Assembly (NCBI GenBank): GCA_019750255.1
Contig: JAIEOU010000005.1
Location: forward strand, 14,078-78,077
Length of the DNA stretch: 64,000 nucleotides
Direction: 5' to 3'
Source of the DNA: Patescibacteria group bacterium
Lineage (GTDB): Bacteria > Patescibacteriota > Minisyncoccia > Phycocordibacterales > UBA918
In this document: piece after piece, positions 13,423 through 23,041 of the stretch
Position numbering within the stretch: position 1 is the stretch's first letter
Layout: each line of letters begins with the position of its first letter
The notes under the pieces: generated by a model
Told to the model about the DNA's origin: nothing
Seen by the model: only the letters and a program-made list of their open reading frames with translations
Databases searched by the model: none
Program-made: the position numbers and the translations under genes

Positions 13423-14055
13423 ATGGACCCAATAACATTGACCGACCCGGCCATTACTGCTTCTTCAGGCGATGGTGTCGGGCTTATCGGATATGACATT
13501 CTCTCGCCACTACTCGCGTGGCTTTTTGGTTCTGGTCCTCTCAGCGGAGGGACCGCCGGAGTGTTTGGATTTTTAAGTGCTTTATGGTCCATTTATGCCG
13601 TACTTGCCTACATTTTTGCGGCCGCTTGTCTGTATTTGTATGTCTACGCCAGTGTACGTAAGGGGCAATTAGATGAGCTCCGCGATGAACTCTTAGCCCA
13701 TAGTGAGCAGTTGTATGATGAGCAATTCCGTACTGGTCCCAAAAATGACCGACTTGCCGACGTGATTACTCACATCGCTACCGACAATCCGAACGATTGG
13801 AAACTTGCCATCATTGAAGCCGACATTATTCTTGACGACAGTCTTAAGCGAGCTGGTTACAGCGGTGCTTCCTTAGGCGAACGTCTGCGCGCCATTTCAC
13901 CCGCGCAGTTACAAACGCTCGATGACGCCTGGCAAGCGCACAAAGTGCGCAATTTGGTAGCCCACGGTAATGATGACTTTGTCCTTACTCGTCGCTTGGC
14001 CGAAGATACCATTAAGCAATACCGCCGCGTGTTTGATGAATTGGGCGTGAGTTAA
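13423..14055 (+). CDS. Hypothetical membrane-anchored protein
   Basis: TM segment then WKLAIIEAD...GERL...AWQAHKVRNLVAH (HEPN-like RxxxxH tail); coupled to gatA. Confidence 0.75.
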   Translation: MDPITLTDPAITASSGDGVGLIGYDILSPLLAWLFGSGPLSGGTAGVFGFLSALWSIYAVLAYIFAAACLYLYVYASVRKGQLDELRDELLAHSEQLYDEQFRTGPKNDRLADVITHIATDNPNDWKLAIIEADIILDDSLKRAGYSGASLGERLRAISPAQLQTLDDAWQAHKVRNLVAHGNDDFVLTRRLAEDTIKQYRRVFDELGVS

Positions 14056-14144
14056 AAGCGCTTCCGCAACGCTGATAGTAAATAAACTTTTCCAGTATCT
14101 GGACAGTTGGTGTTTCTCATGTATAATTCTCGGGCTGTATATAT

Positions 14145-14215
14145 AGCGGGGTAGAGGAGCGGTACCTCGGGAGGCTCATAACCTCCAGACCCCGGTTCGA
14201 TTCCGGGCCCCGCAA
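14145..14215 (+). tRNA. tRNA-Met(CAT), probably initiator
   Basis: Cloverleaf; anticodon arm ggagg-ctCATaa-cctcc; unpaired 1:72 (A:A); TATAAT upstream, terminator 14221-14254. Confidence 0.9.
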
Positions 14216-14320
14216 CACGATAGAAAACCCCAGGCAAAAGCCTGGGGTTTTCTAGTATTGCATGACTAAGATCCAGCTACATAAGCAGGTGAATTTGTTG
14301 TAAGACCGGTTGAGGTCGTT

Positions 14321-14998
14321 CTAATTCTGATTGGTGAGGTGGCGAGTCTGAGCTTCAATTACATCCTGAAGCGTTTTAGTTGCCAAGCCATCAAGGAGCC
14401 CTTGTGCTTGAAAAAATGAAATCTCCTCAGACAGATGTTCAAGTGAGGATGTCGAGGCCGCTGCAGTAATGTTGTTACTCAGCAGCAAGCTAGCTCTGTC
14501 GCGCAAATACTCCCAGGTTGGCATAAAGTCATCAGTGCTCATTCTTCCCTCCGCAACCTCATTTCGCAGCAGTGCTAGCGCTCCCATGACGTCATCTGGA
14601 TCAGTTAGTGCATCAAGGTCATTTGTGAGTATTGCAAGAGCTGGTTGCTCGGTTGAAGGAGCCGGATTTCTGGCTTCTTCAATGAAAGATTCTAGTTCGC
14701 TCAAGAACTCTTCGGTGGTCTCTGGGATTCGATAATCCTTTACTTCTGCCGCTATCGCCTGGTCTCTTTTATCTTTGACAACTAACGCAAAACTAACTAT
14801 GTGACCCCTGTCGGCTTCGGGTAACTCGCTCGCACCTGTATCGCGAAGATTACTGATTATTTGCGTGATATAAACAGCATTATCAACGAGGTCGCTGCGG
14901 TGTCCTTGTACCATATCGGGATGAACGCACTTTAATAAGGAAGTACATCTTTTTCTTTTCTCCACTTGTTCATTACGAGGCTGTATGGCTTCAGGCAT
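14321..14998 (-). CDS. Hypothetical protein
   Basis: 225-aa ORF from ATG 14998, acidic and helical; no recognised motif. Confidence 0.6.
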   Translation of the reverse strand: MPEAIQPRNEQVEKRKRCTSLLKCVHPDMVQGHRSDLVDNAVYITQIISNLRDTGASELPEADRGHIVSFALVVKDKRDQAIAAEVKDYRIPETTEEFLSELESFIEEARNPAPSTEQPALAILTNDLDALTDPDDVMGALALLRNEVAEGRMSTDDFMPTWEYLRDRASLLLSNNITAAASTSSLEHLSEEISFFQAQGLLDGLATKTLQDVIEAQTRHLTNQN

Positions 14999-15057
14999 AT
15001 GGAAACAGTGTACCAGTCTCATAACCAAGCGTCGAACCGTCTTGTTATAATGACCAT

Positions 15058-15735
15058 ATGCAATGCGTTATTTTAGCGGCCGGAAAAGGTACACGACTAC
15101 GTCCATTAACTGAACATACACCGAAGCCACTCGTGAAGGTGCTAGGAAAGCCTCTGCTCGACCATGTTGCTGAGGCGTTGCCGAGCGCTGTTGAAGAAAT
15201 TATCCTGGTGATTGGGTACTTGGGAGAGCAGATTCGCGAGCACTGTGGTGAGACATATTATGGTCGAAAGGTTACCTATGTTGAACAGGTTGAACAGAAA
15301 GGAACCGGACACGCACTATGGTTGTGCAAAGATTTAATCAAGGGCCGTTTTCTCTATATGTTTGCCGACGATATTCACGGTAAGTTGGATATCACTCGGG
15401 CATGTTCATTCACCCGTTCAATGCTCACGTTAACTACCGAAACCCCTGAACGGTTCGGTATCGTACTGCGTAATCCTGATGGAACTCTCGGTGAGTTTAT
15501 TGAAAAGCCCATCCATGCTCCGTCAAATCTCGCGTCCACCGGGGTCTTTGTCCTTGATCAGAAGATCTTTGAATTCAAACCTGAAATTGAAACAAACGGA
15601 GAGTTCTATCACACTAATGTTATTAAGGAGTATGCGAAGCACTACCCAATAGCGGTGGTTGAACAGTCGCTCTGGATACCGATTGGCTACCCAGAAGATA
15701 TAGAGAAGGCAGAGCATCTATTAGCGCATACATAG
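15058..15735 (+). CDS. Sugar-phosphate nucleotidyltransferase family protein
   Basis: ILAAGKGTRLRPLT...PKPL, GTGHAL, FIEKP. Confidence 0.9.
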   Translation: MQCVILAAGKGTRLRPLTEHTPKPLVKVLGKPLLDHVAEALPSAVEEIILVIGYLGEQIREHCGETYYGRKVTYVEQVEQKGTGHALWLCKDLIKGRFLYMFADDIHGKLDITRACSFTRSMLTLTTETPERFGIVLRNPDGTLGEFIEKPIHAPSNLASTGVFVLDQKIFEFKPEIETNGEFYHTNVIKEYAKHYPIAVVEQSLWIPIGYPEDIEKAEHLLAHT

Positions 15736-15765
15736 TAAAAGACCCCAGGAGGGGCCTTCTACATG

Positions 15766-15839
15766 CGCGAGCGAAGGGATTCGAACCCTCGACCTCTTCC
15801 GTGACAGGGAAGCGCTCTAACCAGCTGAGCTACGCCCGC
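15766..15839 (-). tRNA. tRNA-Asp(GTC)
   Basis: Reverse complement cloverleaf; cttcc-ctGTCac-ggaag. Confidence 0.95.
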
Positions 15840-15909
15840 AAACTACTTGTATGTAGGTGGCACGAGTATATAAGGTTTACGTACAAAATTCAATAGCGGC
15901 CGTCCAGGG

Positions 15910-15983
15910 TGTCGATGGGAGGAATTGAACCTCCGACCTTAGCTTTATGAGTGCTACGCTCTAACCAACTGAGCTACATCGAC
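15910..15983 (-). tRNA. tRNA with CAT anticodon (elongator Met or Ile2)
   Basis: gtcgatg/catcgac acceptor; tagca-ctCATaa-agcta; Met vs Ile2 not resolvable by eye. Confidence 0.88.
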
Positions 15984-16064
15984 AATTATGTAGGTCGTAG
16001 AGTACTACATAATTGAGCTGTTATCAACGGACCAAGAGGGAAGGAGTACCGGGCTGGTAGAATA

Positions 16065-16706
16065 ATGTATATGCTTACCAAACATCACTATTACGTAATC
16101 GCTTTTTCAGCGCTCTATCTAATCCTTGGCGGTATCTTCTTCGCCCGTGATTTTAACCTCGAATTTATCATCTATGTCGGGGTAATTATCGCCATCTTTG
16201 CGGGTGTGTTTGCTTCGTTGCGACATACCCAATTCCCAGTGTGGATGTTGTGGCTCTTGTCGGTGTGGGGACTTATGCACGTCCTCGGTGGGGCGGTTGA
16301 TACCAGAGACGGAGTACTCTTCGCCTATCGTATCTACCCGTTTCTTGATAGTGGTGGAGATTTTTATATTCTCAAATATGATCAGGTTGTCCATGGCTAT
16401 TTATACGGCTTGGTCGCGCTCATGAGTTACCACCTCCTTCGGGTGCCCTTCGGTGTTTCCAAAAATACGGTACTGGTGGCATTGGCAGCAGCGCTCATTT
16501 CACTGGGCGTGAGCGGTCTGAACGAAATCATGGAGTTTCTGATTGCGGTTAATCTTGAGAATAATGGTGTGGGAGGGTACGAGAACGCTATGCTTGATCT
16601 CTGTTTTAATTGGGGTGGGGCAGTGTTGGCGGTTGTCATCTATGCATTCCTAGAGAACCGAAGTTGTGATTGTAAATCAGAGACGCTACTAGCTTTGCGG
16701 GAATAA
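16065..16706 (+). CDS. DUF2238-like membrane protein
   Basis: HVLGG, YDQVVH, NEIMEF, MLDL motifs; multiple TM helices. Confidence 0.75.
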   Translation: MYMLTKHHYYVIAFSALYLILGGIFFARDFNLEFIIYVGVIIAIFAGVFASLRHTQFPVWMLWLLSVWGLMHVLGGAVDTRDGVLFAYRIYPFLDSGGDFYILKYDQVVHGYLYGLVALMSYHLLRVPFGVSKNTVLVALAAALISLGVSGLNEIMEFLIAVNLENNGVGGYENAMLDLCFNWGGAVLAVVIYAFLENRSCDCKSETLLALRE

Positions 16707-16753
16707 GGAGTCCATCAAGTTAACAAACGGAAGTCTACGATAAGTAGTCTTGT

Positions 16754-16829
16754 TGGAGCCGACCCGGGGATTCGAACCCCGGACCTACGATTTACGATAC
16801 CGTTGCTCTACCATCTGAGCTAGGTCGGC
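16754..16829 (-). tRNA. tRNA-Thr(CGT)
   Basis: acggt-atCGTaa-atcgt; encoded CCA. Confidence 0.95.
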
Positions 16830-16940
16830 AATGGTAAAAATAATAGCACAAATAAAAAAGTAGATGTGACGGTGGTTTGAATCTATAAACTTTTGTTTTG
16901 TTAAATAGTAGACTAATATTACAATATAGTATCGCTCTGT

Positions 16941-17558
16941 ATGATAAATAAAAGTACCTTACAAAAGTTATATGGTGAAAAAAAGTATTCTTCTGTTCAG
17001 ATAGCTAAGGAGCGTGGCTGTTCACCGGGACAAGTTAATTACTGGCTGTCTAAGTATTGTATTAAGAAGCGATCAATTTCCGATGCGGTATATGAGAAAT
17101 CTAACCCTGGTGGGGATCCATTTAGTTTACTTAAGGTGCGCTCTAAAGAGGAGTGGTTTTTGTATGGTCTTGGTCTGGGGTTGTATTGGGGAGAAGGTAA
17201 TAAAGCTAATCGCCTAGCTGTTCGACTTGGTAACACTGACCCTGGTCTTGTCCGAACGTTTCTTCGTTTTCTCTCGACCATTTACCGTGTTGACACCAGT
17301 CGTCTACGATTTGGTTTACAAATTTTCTCAGATTTAGATCCGGTGGAAGCAAAAGCATTTTGGTCAAAGGAACTTGGTGTAAGTGCTACGCAATTCCAAA
17401 AAACAGCTACAGTCTCTCGAATCCGCCGCGGAACGTACACGCATAAGGCTGCACATGGTGTACTCACTGTTTATTTTTCAAATACTAAACTTCGTGCTAC
17501 TATCATGGCCGCAATTGAAAAATTGCAAAAGCAACAGAACAGTACACTGCCGATGTAG
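16941..17558 (+). CDS. HTH plus LAGLIDADG-like domain protein; stop codon inside tRNA-Thr
   Basis: N-terminal HTH-like (SVQIAKERGCSPGQVNYWL), GLGLYWGEGNK, NTDP, FW motifs; paralog at 53323. Confidence 0.75.
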   Translation: MINKSTLQKLYGEKKYSSVQIAKERGCSPGQVNYWLSKYCIKKRSISDAVYEKSNPGGDPFSLLKVRSKEEWFLYGLGLGLYWGEGNKANRLAVRLGNTDPGLVRTFLRFLSTIYRVDTSRLRFGLQIFSDLDPVEAKAFWSKELGVSATQFQKTATVSRIRRGTYTHKAAHGVLTVYFSNTKLRATIMAAIEKLQKQQNSTLPM

Positions 17559-17819
17559 CTCAGCTGGTAGAGCACTTCCATGGTGGGTCGCATGACCTTG
17601 CCCGTGCTTGCGGTAACGTGAGCAACGAATCCCGAATAACGGTTAATAGCCATGTGTTGGCCAAGACCGTGGCCTTCTTTGCAAGAAGGCCCGAACGACT
17701 GCCAAGGGAGCACCAATTAAATGGTGCAAGATACAGTCTAGCCCCTCGATATGCACATAAATAAACGAGGGTGTAAGCGAAGGAAGAGGTCTCCGGTTCG
17801 ATCCCGGACATCGGCTCCA
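17549..17819 (+). tRNA. tRNA-Thr(GGT), split: exon 1 17549-17584, exon 2 17780-17819
   Basis: Joined exons give a 76-nt cloverleaf with cttcc-atGGT^aa-ggaag and CCA. Confidence 0.93.
17585..17779 (+). ncRNA. Group I self-splicing intron (195 nt) in tRNA-Thr(GGT)
   Basis: Exon ends in U, intron ends in G; P7 gactg 17697-17701 / cagtc 17734-17738; S-like aagatacagtct; P1, P2, P4-P6, P8, P9 stems foldable. Confidence 0.9.
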
Positions 17820-17820
17820 C

Positions 17821-17844
17821 ATAAAACCCCGCAAGGGGTTTTAT
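17821..17844 (+). terminator. Intrinsic terminator after tRNA-Thr
   Basis: ataaaacccc-gcaa-ggggttttat. Confidence 0.8.
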
Positions 17845-17890
17845 TTATCTCAAAAAGCGAGAAGGCCGCCCGGTTGGGCGGCCTTGCATT

Positions 17891-18376
17891 TTAATGATCC
17901 ATGAACCTTCGAGATCGAGCGAGGTTGAATAGTTTGCTGGCTGCCCGGCGAAGGATTGAGCACGTCAGCGAGTGGTCGTTGAGTATGCCGGCATCGAGCC
18001 ACCCTGCTTCTTCCGGTCCACGAGCCAGCGTGTGTTCTTCTGCTGGGGTAACGATGACGATAGGCAAATGTATGCGATAGGGAATGTCAGCTGCGATAAC
18101 ACTCGTGGTCCCCTCAAATGGCGATTGTTGCGGAATTACCCCCGCCGTACCAATGTCCTTTCCGGTGAAGCGAAGTGCGTGTGGCCCGACTTTTTCTACT
18201 ACTAGTCTTGTAACTGTATTCAAAAGAAAGTGAGGCGGTAGTTCCTGCTCAATGTGGACAACTCCCGCCATCAGTAGACGCCAATGATACCCCGGGCTAC
18301 GCACAGCCAATAATTTATAGTTTGGGTGGGGTGAGTCCGAGTTGATGCACATCGGCATGAAACGATGACTAATCAT
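17891..18376 (-). CDS. Hypothetical protein
   Basis: 161-aa ORF with GGAGG 7 nt upstream of ATG and a downstream hairpin. Confidence 0.55.
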   Translation of the reverse strand: MISHRFMPMCINSDSPHPNYKLLAVRSPGYHWRLLMAGVVHIEQELPPHFLLNTVTRLVVEKVGPHALRFTGKDIGTAGVIPQQSPFEGTTSVIAADIPYRIHLPIVIVTPAEEHTLARGPEEAGWLDAGILNDHSLTCSILRRAASKLFNLARSRRFMDH

Positions 18377-18468
18377 TGTTCTTCCTCCACAAATCCTCTT
18401 CTACGCTACGCTTCTCTAATGTCTTTGTCAAAGCAGATCTGGGCTCTTTTTGGTATACTGGGTGACTT

Positions 18469-19350
18469 ATGAAACCTGAAGAAAAGAGCGCCCGAATTGC
18501 CGAAATTGAAGCGGCCATGCTGGCGCCAACGTTTTGGAGCGACCCTCGGGTCGCGCAGTCACTCATCAAAGAGCTGCAAGATTTAAAGGATGTATCGGAT
18601 GGGAAGGGTAAATTTGATCGCAACGACGCCGTCTTTACGATTGTCGCGGGTGCTGGCGGTGATGACGCAGAAGACTTTGCACGTATGTTGGTTGAAATGT
18701 ATCAGCGGTATGCGCTCGGTCGGGGATGGCCAGTGACTATTCTTGATAGTAATGCTAATACCGAAAATGGCTACCGTAACATTACCTTTCAGGTGGGAGG
18801 AAAGGGAGCGTACGGTAGTTTACGGAGCGAGTCGGGCGTCCATCGACTCGTGCGCATCTCGCCATTTAACGCTAACGACAAACGACAGACTTCCTTTGTT
18901 CTCGTTGAGGTGTCACCCTATTTTGCTCAGGTAGAAGCGAGTGTCCTGGCTGACGATGATCTTGAGATTTCTTTTGCTCGGTCGGGCGGGGCTGGGGGGC
19001 AAAACGTTAATAAGCGGGAGACTGCCGTGCGCATCGTTCATACACCGACAAACATTTCTGTTAACGTTTCAACCGAACGATCACAGCAGCAGAACCGCGA
19101 GCGGGGGTTGGCACTCCTAGCTGGAAAGGTGTTCGCTTTTGAAGAGTTGCAACGAGCGCGTGAGCTTCAGGGACTGTCGGTAGAAAAGACAGTAAAGATT
19201 GAGTGGGGGAGTCAAATCCGTTCGTACGTCCTCCATCCCTACCAGCTGGTTAAGGATCACCGAACAAACTTAGAAATTCGGGATGTGGAGCGCGTACTGG
19301 GGGGCGATATCCAGGCGTTTATCGACGCTGCTAGCGAGGTGATTTTATAG
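18469..19350 (+). CDS. prfB: Peptide chain release factor 2 (short form)
   Basis: SPF specificity tripeptide (VRISPFNA), GGQ motif, [13 protein letters not shown]. Confidence 0.93.
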   Translation: MKPEEKSARIAEIEAAMLAPTFWSDPRVAQSLIKELQDLKDVSDGKGKFDRNDAVFTIVAGAGGDDAEDFARMLVEMYQRYALGRGWPVTILDSNANTENGYRNITFQVGGKGAYGSLRSESGVHRLVRISPFNANDKRQTSFVLVEVSPYFAQVEASVLADDDLEISFARSGGAGGQNVNKRETAVRIVHTPTNISVNVSTERSQQQNRERGLALLAGKVFAFEELQRARELQGLSVEKTVKIEWGSQIRSYVLHPYQLVKDHRTNLEIRDVERVLGGDIQAFIDAASEVIL

Positions 19351-19368
19351 CGTGGTATACTTTAGTGC

Positions 19369-20052
19369 ATGATTTATTTTGATAACGTTTCTAAGCTCTA
19401 TAGCGACGGTCGGTCGGCGGCGCTTCAAGAAGTTACGTTTCAAATTGCTCCTAAAGAATTTGTATCAATCGTCGGGCATTCGGGTGCCGGAAAGACTACG
19501 CTTCTTAAAATGATTATTGCCGAGGATAGACCGACGTCTGGTCAGGTATATTTTGAATCACTTGATGTTCACAAGATTCCGCGTTCGCGTCTACCACACT
19601 ATCGCCGTAAGATTGGTACGGTCTTTCAAGATTTTAAGCTCCTGCCTAATAAGACCGCATACGAAAATATCGCCTTTGCCATGGAGGCTAACGGTCGCAC
19701 TGACGAAGAGATTGCCGAAAATGTTCCCCAGGCCCTTGCCCTGGTAGATCTCGACGACAAAGCCTGGAATTTTCCTAGTGAACTGTCCGGTGGAGAAAAG
19801 CAACGGGTCGCGATTGCGCGGGCGATTGTTAATCAGCCTGACATCATTGTGGCGGACGAGCCAACAGGTAACCTCGACCCCATCGCTACCTACGAGGTAG
19901 TACAGATTCTTCGTAAAATTAATGACCTTGGCACCACGGTGATCATGACCACTCACAATAAGGGAGTGATTGACGAGCTTGGCCGGCGCGTTATTACTAT
20001 GGACGAAGGTCGCATTGTTCGTGACGATGAGACAGGTAAGTACGTGCTATAG
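19369..20052 (+). CDS. ftsE: Cell division ATP-binding protein FtsE
   Basis: GHSGAGKTT, VFQDFKLL, LSGGEKQR, ADEPTGNLD; upstream of ftsX. Confidence 0.93.
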   Translation: MIYFDNVSKLYSDGRSAALQEVTFQIAPKEFVSIVGHSGAGKTTLLKMIIAEDRPTSGQVYFESLDVHKIPRSRLPHYRRKIGTVFQDFKLLPNKTAYENIAFAMEANGRTDEEIAENVPQALALVDLDDKAWNFPSELSGGEKQRVAIARAIVNQPDIIVADEPTGNLDPIATYEVVQILRKINDLGTTVIMTTHNKGVIDELGRRVITMDEGRIVRDDETGKYVL

Positions 20053-20060
20053 TTTTGTCT

Positions 20061-20981
20061 ATGTTCACTGGAATACGTCGCGTGGTGCGGGCAGGGTTTG
20101 TGGGGTTCTGGCGTAGTGCCTATGTAAGTTTGGCGTCAATTTTTGTCATGATGGTGGCGTTGTTTGTGATTGGGTCGACAATGCTTATCGAGCAACTACT
20201 GACTTCGTCGCTGTCGACACTTCAGTCGAAGGTAGATATTAACGTCTACTTTGAACCGTCAGCTCCACAGGAGGAAATCGATGCGGTACGCAAGGCAGTG
20301 GCAGCGCTACCAGATGTCGCGCACGTTACCTATCTTTCCCGAGAAGATGCACTCCAGCGGTATCGTGAACGCTACCAAAATAACGAGATTGCCATGCAGG
20401 CATTAAACGAACTTGGCGAAAACCCCTTGGGGGCTACCATCGCTATCCAGGCTCGAGAAACTTCACAGTACGAAAGTATTGCTCGCTTCCTCGAAGAGCA
20501 GCGTACTCAGACCGCAGCGCAAAATCCAATCATAGAAGACATTAACTACGCTCGCAATAAAGAATCAATCGATACGCTCACTTCAATTATTGCTGCCGTT
20601 GAGCGAGCGAGTTTTATCACAATGCTCGTGCTGCTAATTGCGGCTGTCCTTATTTCGTTTAATACAATTCGTCTCGCTATATACACGTCGCGAGAAGAAA
20701 TTGGCATCATGCGTCTTGTGGGAGCATCGAATACGTTCATTCGCGGTCCCTTTATGCTGCAGGGTGTTATGTATGGTGTGATTTCTGGTGTGCTTGCGCT
20801 CCTCATTCTTTACCCTGTGCTCGTGTGGCTTGGTCCACGCACAGAACTCTATTTTGAGTTCAATCTCTTTACCTACTTCGTCGGGAATTTCACCTACTTC
20901 TTCGTCACACTGGTCGGTATTGGTGTGGCTATCGGCCTCATTTCGTCGACGCTCGCGGTAGCTCGGTATTTGCGCGTGTAG
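20061..20981 (+). CDS. ftsX: Cell division permease FtsX
   Basis: NTIRLAIY..REEIGIMRLVGAS..FIRGPF motif, 4 TM helices. Confidence 0.93.
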   Translation: MFTGIRRVVRAGFVGFWRSAYVSLASIFVMMVALFVIGSTMLIEQLLTSSLSTLQSKVDINVYFEPSAPQEEIDAVRKAVAALPDVAHVTYLSREDALQRYRERYQNNEIAMQALNELGENPLGATIAIQARETSQYESIARFLEEQRTQTAAQNPIIEDINYARNKESIDTLTSIIAAVERASFITMLVLLIAAVLISFNTIRLAIYTSREEIGIMRLVGASNTFIRGPFMLQGVMYGVISGVLALLILYPVLVWLGPRTELYFEFNLFTYFVGNFTYFFVTLVGIGVAIGLISSTLAVARYLRV

Positions 20982-20991
20982 CTGAACGTAT

Positions 20992-22677
20992 ATGAAAAAA
21001 CTTTCCCGTACCGCAAAAAAGCCAACTGATACACCGATCACTCCTAAGACACCAAAGTACATTTTTGTCGTGGGTGGGGTCATGAGTGGGGTGGGGAAGG
21101 GAGTTGCTGCGTCATGTATTGCGGCAGTGCTCAAAGGTCGTGGACTTACCGTAACTGCGCTAAAAATCGACCCGTACATAAATGTAGACGCGGGTACGAT
21201 GAATCCGACCGAGCACGGCGAGGTGTTTGTCTTAAAGGATGGTCTGGAGACGGATCAAGATATGGGTAACTATGAGCGTTTTCTAAACACCGACCTCACG
21301 AGCCAAAACTATATGACCACCGGAAGTGTCTACCTTTCGGTTATTAAGAAAGAACGCAACCTTGAATACGGAGGCAAGAATGTTGAAGTGGTACCTGATA
21401 TCCCACTTGAAGTGATTCGTCGAATTAAAGAGGCGTCAAAATCGGCCAACGCCGACGTGGCGCTCATTGAAATTGGCGGTACGGTAGGGGAGTATCAAAA
21501 CATTCTTTTTCTAGAAGCAATACGCATGCTCAAGTCAGAACATCCTCAGGATGTGGTCACGGTGATGGTAAGTTATCTCCCGGTCCCTGGTTCAATCGGC
21601 GAGATGAAAACCAAACCCACGCAAACTGCAGTGCGCACTCTGAACAGCGCTGGGGTGTTTGCCGATATGATTATTGCGCGGAGTCCCGTCGGCGTTGATG
21701 ACAAGCGCAAGGAAAAAATTGCCACGTTTTGTAACGTCCGAAAAGAGAATGTAATCTCCGCTCCGGATGTAAGTAGTATCTACGATATTCCGCTCAATTT
21801 TGAAAAAGATAATCTATCATTCCGCCTCTGTGAACTCTTAAACGTACCGTGCTCTAAAACATCTGATTTGGCTGCATGGAAGCGCTTTGTTACTCGTACA
21901 AAAGACGCTAAGAGCGAGGTGACGATTGCGGTTGTCGGCAAGTATTTTTCCACGGGGGACTTCGTTCTCTCTGATGTGTATCTTTCCGTACTAGAAGCAA
22001 TTAAGTACTCAGCTTATCATCTCGATCTTAAGCCGAAGATTGTGTACCGCTCAAGCCTAGATTTTACTGACAAAAAAAAGTGTAAAGAGCTTGATGCGTA
22101 TGACGGGGTGCTCGTGCCGGGGGGATTTGGAAGTACGGGGATTGAAGGGAAGCTCAATGTAATTGAGTATGTTCGTAAGCGAGGAATTCCCTACTTCGGT
22201 ATCTGTTACGGCATGCAGCTTGCTGTGCTCGAGTACGCTAGAAATGTCGTCGGCCTAAAAAATGCGAGCACTGAAGAAATTGACGCTAGTGCAAATGATT
22301 TAGTTGTACACACCATGGCGGAGCAAAGGCTAAAAATAGCCTCTGCTGATATGGGGGGCACGATGCGTCTTGGTGAGTCTGAGGCTATACTCAAATCGGG
22401 CAGCGTGGCACGGCAAGCGTATAAAGCAGCAAAGGTTACCGAACGCCATCGTCATCGGTACGAGATCAATAATGCGTTCGTCGAGCGCCTTACCGATAAA
22501 GGTCTTGTATTTAGTGGCACCTCACCCGACGGTTTACTGATGGAAATCATTGAACTACCCCGGGGTATGCACCCGTTTTTCGTGGGTACACAGTTTCATC
22601 CGGAATTCTTGGCGCGCCCCCTCCGTCCCCATCCACTATTTACCGCTTTTGTGAAAGCCGCCTACGAGCAAAAATAG
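20992..22677 (+). CDS. pyrG: CTP synthase
   Basis: KIDPYINVDAGTMNPTEHGEVFV, GICYGMQ, ERHRHRYE, QFHPEF. Confidence 0.98.
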   Translation: MKKLSRTAKKPTDTPITPKTPKYIFVVGGVMSGVGKGVAASCIAAVLKGRGLTVTALKIDPYINVDAGTMNPTEHGEVFVLKDGLETDQDMGNYERFLNTDLTSQNYMTTGSVYLSVIKKERNLEYGGKNVEVVPDIPLEVIRRIKEASKSANADVALIEIGGTVGEYQNILFLEAIRMLKSEHPQDVVTVMVSYLPVPGSIGEMKTKPTQTAVRTLNSAGVFADMIIARSPVGVDDKRKEKIATFCNVRKENVISAPDVSSIYDIPLNFEKDNLSFRLCELLNVPCSKTSDLAAWKRFVTRTKDAKSEVTIAVVGKYFSTGDFVLSDVYLSVLEAIKYSAYHLDLKPKIVYRSSLDFTDKKKCKELDAYDGVLVPGGFGSTGIEGKLNVIEYVRKRGIPYFGICYGMQLAVLEYARNVVGLKNASTEEIDASANDLVVHTMAEQRLKIASADMGGTMRLGESEAILKSGSVARQAYKAAKVTERHRHRYEINNAFVERLTDKGLVFSGTSPDGLLMEIIELPRGMHPFFVGTQFHPEFLARPLRPHPLFTAFVKAAYEQK

Positions 22678-22687
22678 CAGGACGCCT

Positions 22688-22987
22688 ATGATCAAAGAAC
22701 AGCAAGTGCTCGACGAGTGGTTTAAGGCAAAGGGCTGGCCTTACTGGTCTCCGCATGAGATATTGGCGCGACTCATGGAAGAAACGGGAGAATTTGCTCG
22801 TCTCGTTAATCACGAGTATGGTCCGAAGAAGAAAAAAGACGGTGAGGCAACACAAGATTTTGAAGATGAACTAGGGGATATTCTCTATACTCTGGCTTGT
22901 TTTGCGAACACTCACCACATTGACCTCGACAGCGCCCTCGCGCGCAGTCTTGAAAAGGTAGCTGGTCGGGACAAAGACCGCTTCTAA
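22688..22987 (+). CDS. MazG-like nucleotide pyrophosphohydrolase (YpjD-like)
   Basis: LMEETGE...YGPKKKK...EDELGDIL. Confidence 0.88.
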   Translation: MIKEQQVLDEWFKAKGWPYWSPHEILARLMEETGEFARLVNHEYGPKKKKDGEATQDFEDELGDILYTLACFANTHHIDLDSALARSLEKVAGRDKDRF

Positions 22988-23041
22988 GGCCGGCACTTTT
23001 ATGGTAGTCTTTCGGAGCGCAAATTGCGCACCGAAGCAGAT

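Noticed and set aside
18440-18475. prfB programmed +1 frameshift
   Set aside because: Sequence is CTT-ATG-A, not CTT-TGA; no upstream frame or SD.
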